24,078 nucleotides of DNA from an uncultured virus (IMG/VR IMGVR_UViG_3300037115_000242). Its lineage: Duplodnaviria > Heunggongvirae > Uroviricota > Caudoviricetes. Of the stretch, positions 17,242 through 24,078 are shown one piece after another. Position 1 is the stretch's first letter. Each line of letters starts with the position of its first letter. Under the pieces are notes generated by a model, which saw only the letters and a program-made list of their open reading frames with translations, had not been told where the DNA came from and ran no database searches. The position numbers and the translations under genes were made by a program. The DNA is taken from IMG/VR virus record IMGVR_UViG_3300037115_000242; one strand, given 5' to 3'.

Positions 17242-18343
17242 CCTCGGCCTTCCAACGACCCGTAGACGTGAACAGGTCTTGGAAGGCAGTGATAGTGGCC
17301 TTCGGTACCTTCACACCGTCAGGCATGTGTTGCATCAGGTTACGCATACCGGGGTAGGCCAGATCGGGACGACCCTTCGCCGCGCACATCGTCAGCGCGT
17401 TCACGGCTTGCGTCCACGTCGTGGCGTCACCACGGATGCGAGCAATCGCGGTCAGTGACAACACCAGGGCATAGATGCGGTCGGGACGTTCAGTCCAGTC
17501 GACAATCGAGGGGTCCGCGAGCACTTCGTCAGCGTCGTAGAGGTCAGCGGTCATGAACCACTGGACGAACTCACGACCGGCACCTTCACCGACGCAACCA
17601 ATCGCGGCGACCATGAGAGCCTCTTGGTCGTCCTCGCGAAGTTTCGCCGCCACGGAGACGAGGTTCGTCCACGAACGCGGTGAGGGCCAGCCACGACCGG
17701 CGGTGATTGCGTCCTTCGGCACGCCGGGTTCGATGAGGTCAGGTCGAGTCTTGAGGAAGGCCGCGACCATCGTGCGGGCGGCTATCGTGCGGTCGGTCGT
17801 CGCGAGCATTTCGCGAAGATCGGGTGCCGTGGAAAACTCGAAGCCGCTCATCAAGCCTTCGAGCCATCCGTCGGAATCGAAGTGCCAGTCGAGGTGCAAG
17901 AAACGGTTGGCGACCGGCGCGGCGAGGTCCCACCCATCTACCGCGACGTCTGCCGGGTTTGCGGCGGCAACGATAGCCACAGTGTCGGGAAGTTTCGTCT
18001 CGCCCACGTAGCGTTCTTGAGCGACACGCAACATGGCCTTCTGCACGGTCGGGGCCGACGTGCTGAGTTCGTCAAGAAAGAGAATTCCCTTCACCGCTTC
18101 GCGAAGGCGCTCGGCCCACGCCAACGAAAGGTAACTGGTCACGCCATTTTTGTCGGCGGGAAAACCGAGGAAGTCGGTGGCTTCACGGTTCGACCCCACG
18201 ACAGTCTCGACGTGGTAGCCCCACTCGGCACCCCATAGTTCGATCAGCGCGGTCTTACCGATGCCCGGATTACCCCACAGAAGGACAGGAACGTTAGCCA
18301 TGATGCTGGCGGCGAATACGCGAGTAGTCGGATGGGTAGTCAT
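17231..18343 (-). CDS. MoxR-like AAA+ ATPase (partner type of DUF2201/VWA proteins)
   Basis: GNPGIGKT Walker A, LFLDE Walker B, AAANP sensor, ANRF, PSPRSW; SD AGGAG. Confidence 0.9.
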   Translation of the reverse strand: MTTHPTTRVFAASIMANVPVLLWGNPGIGKTALIELWGAEWGYHVETVVGSNREATDFLGFPADKNGVTSYLSLAWAERLREAVKGILFLDELSTSAPTVQKAMLRVAQERYVGETKLPDTVAIVAAANPADVAVDGWDLAAPVANRFLHLDWHFDSDGWLEGLMSGFEFSTAPDLREMLATTDRTIAARTMVAAFLKTRPDLIEPGVPKDAITAGRGWPSPRSWTNLVSVAAKLREDDQEALMVAAIGCVGEGAGREFVQWFMTADLYDADEVLADPSIVDWTERPDRIYALVLSLTAIARIRGDATTWTQAVNALTMCAAKGRPDLAYPGMRNLMQHMPDGVKVPKATITAFQDLFTSTGRWKAEDAA

Positions 18344-18411
18344 TGGTGCTCCTGGGTCTGGTACTTCTCTACCAAACCTCTAGCCCCCAGTAAAGGCCGT
18401 TGGCCCCTTGC

Positions 18412-18600
18412 TTAACTGACCGCAGTGGGTTCGGGATTCCTCAGTTTCAGAATCTCGGCACTGTTGGTCTCCACCTTCTTGTAGAGCCAGAACGCAACGA
18501 CGGCGAGAGCCAGTGTCGCGTACGCCAGAAAGAAGAACCCGATGATGAATAACGGGCTGATTTGATGACTGACGAAGACGAAGAAGTGGGCTTTGTGCAT
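18412..18600 (-). CDS. Small membrane protein, probably leaderless (alternative start 18609)
   Basis: Hydrophobic core; TAGGAT lies 7 nt before ATG 18600. Confidence 0.55.
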   Translation of the reverse strand: MHKAHFFVFVSHQISPLFIIGFFFLAYATLALAVVAFWLYKKVETNSAEILKLRNPEPTAVS

Positions 18601-18678
18601 GGTTGCCATCCTATCGTTTGGACCCTATTGATTTTTCAAGAACCACCAATTCATCATCACCTGTCCTAGAATTCACGC

Positions 18679-19203
18679 ATGACTACAGCCCCCACATCCG
18701 AACCGGATGACGCCGCCAACTCTCCAAGTAACGACAAAGGAGCCGATGCATCACGCGAGAAGAAGACGCCGAAGACATCTCGTTCGCCAGTCAAGTTCGG
18801 CAGTCCGAAGCACTGTGTTGACTTAACCCTCGCGGTCAACAACACGAAAGGAATCGGACTTACGATTCTTGCGGCCGCAAGTGGATCGAGCAATGAATCA
18901 GTCGCGAACGTCGCGCTCGCACTCATCACCAACTTCAGTCGTGCCAAGTCCGTCCTGAGCACCGCACAAGAGATCGCCACCGCCGATCCAATGGAGTCAG
19001 GCATCTTGGCTATCGAGTGCGCCAACGAAGACTCAGCATTGTTCAAATTGGTGTGGTCGATGGCTCGTGTTCTCAACGACACAATGCCGTCACAGGTTCC
19101 TCCTACCAAAGCGAAGAGTGGACTCGAATTAGCCAAGGGTCTCCAGTCGCTCAGTGACGATGCTCGCGTCGCGTTGCGCCGTGCAGAAACGGTGATCTCG
19201 TGA
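18679..19203 (+). CDS. Hypothetical helical protein, probably leaderless
   Basis: 174-aa ORF; TAGAAT at 18667-18672, 6 nt before the ATG; GTGA-coupled to the next gene. Confidence 0.65.
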   Translation: MTTAPTSEPDDAANSPSNDKGADASREKKTPKTSRSPVKFGSPKHCVDLTLAVNNTKGIGLTILAAASGSSNESVANVALALITNFSRAKSVLSTAQEIATADPMESGILAIECANEDSALFKLVWSMARVLNDTMPSQVPPTKAKSGLELAKGLQSLSDDARVALRRAETVIS

Positions 19204-19433
19204 GCGATACCGCAGACCTCGACCTAGAGAAGAAGGCCGTCCTCATCGGCGAATATCTCGTGCGTGACCTGAACGAAATTGGTCTCGGGCACGTCCAAGT
19301 AACTCTGAGCGTGACACCGTCCGAAAATGGCCCCGTGGTCACCGTGTCGCACACAGGTGACTCCGAAGACGACACGGTCGTGGCGACCCTCGTCAACGCC
19401 CTCCTCAAAGAGCAGGAATGGCCGGGGTTCTAG
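19200..19433 (+). CDS. Small acidic hypothetical protein
   Basis: 77 aa, overlaps both neighbours. Confidence 0.6.
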   Translation: MSDTADLDLEKKAVLIGEYLVRDLNEIGLGHVQVTLSVTPSENGPVVTVSHTGDSEDDTVVATLVNALLKEQEWPGF

Positions 19434-19981
19434 TCCGCAAGATTGTCTCCGGGGGACAGACGGGGGCGGATCGGGCCGGTATTGACTTCGCCATCGCCTA
19501 CGGCATTGAGTACGGCGGTTGGGTGCCCAAGGGAGGCAAGGCCGAAGACCTCACGACCCCGCCAGGTCTACTCGCGCTCTACCCGTTACTCGAAGAAGCA
19601 CCTACAACGTCAATGGCCGCTCGAACCAAGTTCAACATCCGCGACTCCGACGCGACCCTCATCATTCGTCCTCACGGCGGAGTGATGTCACCGGGAACGA
19701 AGTTGACTATCGAACTCTGTGAGCAACTCAAAAAGCCCTACGCAGTCATTGACCCGAACGACTGGGATGGAGCCGATCAGTTCGCGGAGTTTCTCCACTT
19801 CGTCGATAAGTCGTGGCGAGACAATCACATGTGGCTCGATGGAGAGTCCGAATCAACTCCAATGGACCCCATCGTGCTCAACGTGGCGGGTCCGCGAGAG
19901 AGTAAGTCGAAAGGCATCTACGACGCGGCGATGGGTTTCCTCGTCGAGTCCGTTGGTGTGGTGCAGTACGCCTCGGCCTAG
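19418..19981 (+). CDS. SLOG-superfamily protein (putative molybdenum carrier / circularly permuted YpsA type)
   Basis: KIVSGGQTGADRAG, GGWVPKG, RTKFNIRDSDATL, LNVAGPRES signature. Confidence 0.88.
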   Translation: MAGVLVRKIVSGGQTGADRAGIDFAIAYGIEYGGWVPKGGKAEDLTTPPGLLALYPLLEEAPTTSMAARTKFNIRDSDATLIIRPHGGVMSPGTKLTIELCEQLKKPYAVIDPNDWDGADQFAEFLHFVDKSWRDNHMWLDGESESTPMDPIVLNVAGPRESKSKGIYDAAMGFLVESVGVVQYASA

Positions 19982-20289
19982 AGCGCGAGGAACGTCTTTA
20001 CTTGCTCGTCCGTGAGGCTCTCGTTCTCGCCCTCGGGGTCAACCAGTCCGATGAGGACCACGTCACCACAGATGACGTCCGTCTCTCCGTACGAGGCGAC
20101 CCACAGTGCGGTGGCCTTCTCGTTGATCGGAAGACGATGAATCTTGCCTTCTTCGTTCAGGTACATCTCGATGTTGTGAGCCAGGAGTCGAACGCGCTCG
20201 ATATAGCCACCGACCGCGATGCTCAGTGCCGCGTACGAGGTCTCGCTTTTGAACTCGGCAACGCTGGTCGTTCCGTCGATCTTGAGGAT
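19978..20289 (-). pseudogene. DUF3846-like gene lacking its start codon, disrupted by element insertion
   Basis: Frame upstream of ATG 20166 reads ILKIDGTTSVAEFKSETSYAALSIAVGGYIERVRL...MYLNEEGK...LPINEKAT...ICGDVVLIG; no start codon before an upstream in-frame TGA. Confidence 0.75.
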
Positions 20290-20714
20290 GGGTAGTCCTC
20301 GGCCATCTTCCGTTTTAGTTCGGTTACAAGTTCACGACGTCGTTTTCGAGACAATGGTTCATATCGTTGAAGAGCTGCCGATTTGGTAATTAGTGCCGCT
20401 TCTCCAATGTCTTGCCACGTCTTGCCTTGGCGTCGCGCATCGCGAGCTGCCAGTGTCGCATTCCGCCGAGCAACTTGTTCGATTGCATTCCAGATGCTCA
20501 CGGCTTCAAGCGGTGTGCTCGGCTCTTTTGAAATTGATTTGAGCAATTCGTAATACGGAGTATCGCGAATGCTCACGAGTAAATCTCCCAACTCGCTCAG
20601 CGTTTCTTGGTCTTCTTCTTCATATGGTGGACGCGCGACGTTGGTGGATCGATCTCCGAGGTAGTCATTCAGCGTCTCAAACTTCAAGAGACCGGGCTTT
20701 CCAATGAACGGCAT
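20223..20714 (-). CDS. HTH transcriptional regulator of the integrative element
   Basis: ARRQGKTWQDIGEAALITKSAALQRY actinobacterial HTH pattern; TAGGGT 6 nt before the ATG (leaderless). Confidence 0.75.
   Translation of the reverse strand: MPFIGKPGLLKFETLNDYLGDRSTNVARPPYEEEDQETLSELGDLLVSIRDTPYYELLKSISKEPSTPLEAVSIWNAIEQVARRNATLAARDARRQGKTWQDIGEAALITKSAALQRYEPLSRKRRRELVTELKRKMAEDYPSSRSTERPALPSSKARPRTRH
20284..20300. other. Candidate att core: GAGGA-TGGGTAG-TCCTC
   Basis: 5-bp inverted repeat around a 7-bp spacer exactly where DUF3846 similarity breaks. Confidence 0.5.
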
Positions 20715-20748
20715 AAATTCACCCTAGCAAGTGCGCACATAGGAATTG

Positions 20749-20782
20749 TCTTTTTGTGAAATATAAACATTTCACAAAAAGA
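20749..20782. promoter_or_regulatory. Perfect 14-bp inverted repeat, candidate operator in the divergent promoter
   Basis: TCTTTTTGTGAAAT-ATAAAC-ATTTCACAAAAAGA in an AT-rich intergenic region. Confidence 0.7.
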
Positions 20783-20856
20783 GACTGAAATTGCAAGGTG
20801 TGAACTATGAACATGATATGGTGTGAATAATGAATTCCAGAGAGGAGGTGAAAATT

Positions 20857-21243
20857 ATGGAAGTCAAGAGCATTGATCTGCCAATTGATGGCTCTCGTCT
20901 AGGCACGAGTGCTACCGGAAACGTGAGCAGCGTCTACAAATATCAAGACGAGTCCGAGCGGAAGGCTGGAACGGCCCGAGTTCAGGATCTCAGCGAAGAT
21001 GGGCGGTTCTTGTGGACCGTCGAGGCGACGTTGGTTATCGAGCAGTACGGCACTAAGACCACTCAGGTCATCCAGGTGCGAATTCCGGCCAAGGTTGAAC
21101 CTGTCGTGCCTATAGGCCCGGTGCAATTCAGCATGTTGACCGCGTCTGTTCGATTGACCAAAGGTCAGGTGTACTGGGGGGCTGAAGGCATTGAGCCAAT
21201 AGCCACCAAGTCGCTACGTACCAGCGATCACGCCACACCGTAA
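20857..21243 (+). CDS. Pra/SCO3933-like (SSB-like OB-fold) protein of actinobacterial integrative elements
   Basis: QDLSEDGRFLWTVE...IQVRIP...P...VQFSMLT...WGAEGI pattern; SD GAGGAGGTG supports ATG 20857. Confidence 0.6.
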   Translation: MEVKSIDLPIDGSRLGTSATGNVSSVYKYQDESERKAGTARVQDLSEDGRFLWTVEATLVIEQYGTKTTQVIQVRIPAKVEPVVPIGPVQFSMLTASVRLTKGQVYWGAEGIEPIATKSLRTSDHATP

Positions 21244-21254
21244 GTAATTAAACG

Positions 21255-21304
21255 CCGGGAGGGTGATCGTTGTCGCGCACAACGAGGACGGTCGCCCTCA
21301 CCGG
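21255..21304 (+). terminator. Imperfect GC-rich hairpin between the Pra-like and membrane genes
   Basis: CCGG-GAGGGTGATCGT...ACGGTCGCCCTC-A-CCGG pairs with two G.U wobbles; followed by ATCTTT. Confidence 0.4.
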
Positions 21305-21336
21305 ATCTTTAGTCACGATCCACTAGGAGGATCTAC

Positions 21337-21990
21337 ATGTTTGGCAAGAAGAAAAAGTTAGAGCGCGTTCCAGAAGATAGCCAACAACAAGAAGGAGACG
21401 AGTTCTGGGAGGTGCTCAAATTCGCTATGCGCTGGATAGGTGGCCCTATCGGACTTGCGCTCGCCTGCGTAGTGCCCGGCTGGACGTTGTGGCCCGACCG
21501 TATCGTCATCGGGACTCTCACTATGATCGTTTGGCTTTTGTGGGGCATTCCTCACATGAGTCGTCGCTTGTCCCACGCCGTGGGGAATAGAGCTCAAGCT
21601 CGGCGCTACCAACCATATGAAGAAGACGGAATCTGGGCTGCGACCGAAACGAGGAACGCGCCCAAGAATTTTGCAGCAGCCGGTCTAATACAACCTGATC
21701 GTCAGGATCGGACGAAGGCCGGTTTCGTACCAAGGATTATCAAGCATGGGCCCTACCCGGGGGGCGTTGAGATGTGGTGCTCGTTGCCACCAGGCATGCC
21801 CGTAACTCTCGTTGCTTCAAAGTTGGCGGAGCTTCAGTCGGCTTTTCGCGCTCAGTATGAACCAGTAGTTCTACCGGGGCGCCACGGTGCTGAGGTGGCC
21901 ATTCGCTGGCCCCGTCGAAACCCCCTGGACGGAGACAGTCCGAGGGTTAGACCAAGGGCTTTCGATGATTCTCCCTGGGACCTGCTGTGA
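21337..21990 (+). CDS. Membrane protein resembling the N-terminal half of a TraB/FtsK-like translocase
   Basis: SD AGGAGG; two TM helices; LPPGMP...LAELQSAF...NPL pattern that usually precedes the FtsK ATPase domain. Confidence 0.65.
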   Translation: MFGKKKKLERVPEDSQQQEGDEFWEVLKFAMRWIGGPIGLALACVVPGWTLWPDRIVIGTLTMIVWLLWGIPHMSRRLSHAVGNRAQARRYQPYEEDGIWAATETRNAPKNFAAAGLIQPDRQDRTKAGFVPRIIKHGPYPGGVEMWCSLPPGMPVTLVASKLAELQSAFRAQYEPVVLPGRHGAEVAIRWPRRNPLDGDSPRVRPRAFDDSPWDLL

Positions 21991-22739
21991 TAGGTCGTAC
22001 TGCGGAAGGTGATGCGTCGTGGGATGTTGGCTGGTCGCCACATCTGTGCGTCATCGGTGACACCGGATCGGGCAAGTCCAGTGTCATCCGGGCCGTTCTT
22101 GCGTCGTGGCCAGGGTCCGTGGTTCTACTCGACCCGAAGCGCCTCGAGTTTGGGAACTGGCCAGAAGGAGGACGAGTCTTGACCTCCGCGGGTGACCCCC
22201 ACCGCATCGCTGAAGTACTCCGGCAATGCGCCGACGAGGTCGATAGCAGGATGGAGGACCTCTCTCGAATCGTTGCAACTCACTGGACCGACCCAGATGC
22301 TAAACCCCTCGGTCTCCGACCAGTCCTTATCGTCATAGATGAGGCGATGGTGGCTCTGACTCGTCCCGCGAAGGGAGAGACCGAGAAAGAGACCAGGGTT
22401 CGAGTGGACAGCGCACGTCAGTCTCTTCTCGAATGTCTAGTCCTCGGTCGGGCATGTGGAGTCCACGTCGTAGTCGGTCTTCAGCGTCCCGACGTTGCCT
22501 TCCTGGGTGGCACGGCGCGAGACCAACTGAGGGGAAGGATTGGACTGGGAATCCTTTCACCAGATGCCACCCGCATGCTCTTTGATGCTGACCTTTCCGA
22601 ACAGATGGATGGGCGGCCCGGTTTCGGATTGGCCGTAAACCTGACGCCGACCATGCCGGTCCCGGTTCCATTTCGATCCGCCTGGATTAGCCCTGCAGAT
22701 GTCCGAGCGATGTACTTGCCTGAGTCCGAGAGTGCGTGA
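21987..22739 (+). CDS. FtsK/SpoIIIE-family ATPase domain
   Basis: PHLCVIGDTGSGKS, LLDPK, IVIDEA, GRACGVHVVVGLQRPD. Confidence 0.88.
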   Translation: MIGRTAEGDASWDVGWSPHLCVIGDTGSGKSSVIRAVLASWPGSVVLLDPKRLEFGNWPEGGRVLTSAGDPHRIAEVLRQCADEVDSRMEDLSRIVATHWTDPDAKPLGLRPVLIVIDEAMVALTRPAKGETEKETRVRVDSARQSLLECLVLGRACGVHVVVGLQRPDVAFLGGTARDQLRGRIGLGILSPDATRMLFDADLSEQMDGRPGFGLAVNLTPTMPVPVPFRSAWISPADVRAMYLPESESA

Positions 22740-22945
22740 CTGGTATGTCGACCGAGATCGAAAAATTGATCCCACTCCGACCCGCCTTTCGAGTTGCTGA
22801 AGTGGCTGAACTTCTCGGAGTGGCGAGGGCCAGTGTGTACAGCCACATTGAGGCAGGGCACCTCGCCGCCGTGCATCTCGGTAAGACCGTACTCGTCCCG
22901 CGTTCGGCACTCATCGCTCTACTCGAAGAAGGGAGTGCCCGGTGA
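22736..22945 (+). CDS. xis: Excisionase-type HTH protein
   Basis: FRVAEVAELLGVARASVYSHIEAGHL; directly upstream of and coupled to the integrase. Confidence 0.85.
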   Translation: MTGMSTEIEKLIPLRPAFRVAEVAELLGVARASVYSHIEAGHLAAVHLGKTVLVPRSALIALLEEGSAR

Positions 22946-24078
22946 CCATTAGTCGACTCGTCTCCACCCGGACTGGCAAGGTCACGTGGCGAGTACGGAT
23001 CAAACAGGGGAGAGCGGTCGTCGAGTCGGCCACGTTCTCTACGTTGTCCGAAGCAAAACTTTTTGAGTCGACGCGTCGGACGCAAATGTCACGGATCGAT
23101 TGGGTAGACCCGGCCCGGGGACGGGTGTCGCTCGGTGAAGTTGCCGAAGAGTATCTGGCGTCGAGATCGAATGTTGCGCCGCTAACTCAGGGTACCGATA
23201 AACAAATGTACCGCCAGCACATCGGTCCGACTTTTGGCAAGCGAGCTCTCGCCAGGATTACTGCGGCCGAAATCACAGAATGGCTAGGTCGGCTCGCGGA
23301 TCGAGAAGTTGCTCCGTCGACCCGTCGGCGAGCGCTCGCCGTTCTGCGAGGAATCCTCGCTCACGCAGTTGCCGATCGTCGTTTGCGTGTGAATCCGGCC
23401 GTCGGAGTGAAAGGACCTAAGGGCGGAGTGCGACGAGAGGGCATCGCGCTTACGGTCGAAGAGGTGAGTCGTCTTCTCGCTGAACTTCCCGAAGAGTGCC
23501 GACCTCCGGTCATTCTCATGGCCATCACTGGTATTCGAGTGTCGGAAATGTGCGGTCTGCGTGTCGGTGACGTTTATCGCTCGCCGCAGGGCTACATGTT
23601 GCGCCTGCAACGTTCGATCAGCCAGTCCTCACACGATGGCAAGGCGTACCTCGGCGATCTTAAAAGTCATCGCGCGCGCTCCGTTCCTGTTCCTCGTCTG
23701 CTTGTTGAATGGATCAGCAAGCGAATAGAGAACGCTGATGCGGTGGCTCCTCTTTTTACGACTAAGAGAGGGCGGGCGTGGACGCGAGGGAACTTCGCCA
23801 CTCGCTCGGGATGGACCAAGGCAAGGAGGAGAGCCGGCCTGCCCGATGTTCGTATTCACGACCTTCGCCACACCGCAGCTTCGGCCATGCTCGCCGCGCA
23901 ACCGGATGTGCTGGCAGTGTCTCGCGTGTTAGGGCACTCCACTCCGATACTGACCCTCAGTCTTTACGGGCACGTCATGGATCAGGGCATCGTTCGAGTC
24001 ATTGAAGCGGTCGAAGGAAGTTGGGGGGACGTAGGGGGGGCCGAACCACGAAAGGAGGAGGGGAACCCTTTGGTGTAG
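22942..24078 (+). CDS. int: Tyrosine recombinase / integrase
   Basis: TGIRVSE, K, HDLRH, LGHS and catalytic Y (LSLYGH); N-terminal arm-binding-like and SAM-like regions. Confidence 0.95.
   Translation: MTISRLVSTRTGKVTWRVRIKQGRAVVESATFSTLSEAKLFESTRRTQMSRIDWVDPARGRVSLGEVAEEYLASRSNVAPLTQGTDKQMYRQHIGPTFGKRALARITAAEITEWLGRLADREVAPSTRRRALAVLRGILAHAVADRRLRVNPAVGVKGPKGGVRREGIALTVEEVSRLLAELPEECRPPVILMAITGIRVSEMCGLRVGDVYRSPQGYMLRLQRSISQSSHDGKAYLGDLKSHRARSVPVPRLLVEWISKRIENADAVAPLFTTKRGRAWTRGNFATRSGWTKARRRAGLPDVRIHDLRHTAASAMLAAQPDVLAVSRVLGHSTPILTLSLYGHVMDQGIVRVIEAVEGSWGDVGGAEPRKEEGNPLV

Larger units (their letters stand above)
20284..24078 (+). mobile_element. Compact integrative element (AICE-like, no recognisable Rep); right end lies beyond the window
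   Basis: Divergent HTH regulator, then Pra-like, FtsK, xis and int; left boundary coincides with the truncated DUF3846-like gene. Confidence 0.75.

Noticed and set aside
11236..20290. Calling the backbone a prophage
   Set aside because: Phage-like accessory genes are present but no capsid, terminase, portal or tail genes are recognisable; the membrane cluster fits conjugation better, though a phage-plasmid cannot be excluded
20755..20776. TGTGA...TCACA resembling a CRP/GlxR site
   Set aside because: Spacer is 12 nt, not the canonical 6
1..24078. Many overlapping opposite-strand or alternate-frame ORFs in the track (e.g. 648..1307 +, 14087..14920 -, 18666..19136 -)
   Set aside because: Shadow ORFs of GC-rich coding DNA; Arg/Ser/Pro-rich, no motifs, and they conflict with better-supported coupled genes
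24020..24078. G-runs at the integrase 3' end as the right att site
   Set aside because: No match to the left core GAGGATGGGTAGTCCTC within the window

Overview
GC-rich, probably actinobacterial mobile DNA with two nested layers; no rRNA, tRNA or CRISPR seen. (1) About 1-20290 is part of a large conjugative element or plasmid, mostly on the minus strand. It has a Gram-positive-type transfer cluster (TcpE/VirB3-like, pilin-like, VirB6-like, multi-domain Rpf + NlpC/P60 cell-wall hydrolase, TcpC/VirB8-like), a sigma-factor-like protein, an SF1 helicase with a class 3 LAGLIDADG intein, a MoxR-like AAA+ / HExxH-VWA pair, a SLOG protein and phage-like hypotheticals. (2) About 20284 to beyond 24078 is a compact integrative element (HTH regulator, Pra/SCO3933-like, split FtsK/TraB-like, Xis, tyrosine integrase, no recognisable Rep) that appears inserted into the 5' end of a DUF3846-like gene. 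Best candidate for an undescribed system: three otherwise unrelated proteins, one of them the sigma-like protein, share an N-terminal tag R-x-x-[KR]-G-T-P-x(1-2)-G-G-Q-[FY]-x-E-x-R-[KR]-P. An exact 10-bp motif GCACCCATAA sits 25-31 nt upstream of two of these genes and of the pilin-led transfer operon. This suggests an element-encoded regulon co-expressing the transfer machine with tagged cargo. All family assignments are by-eye motif recognition, not database searches.
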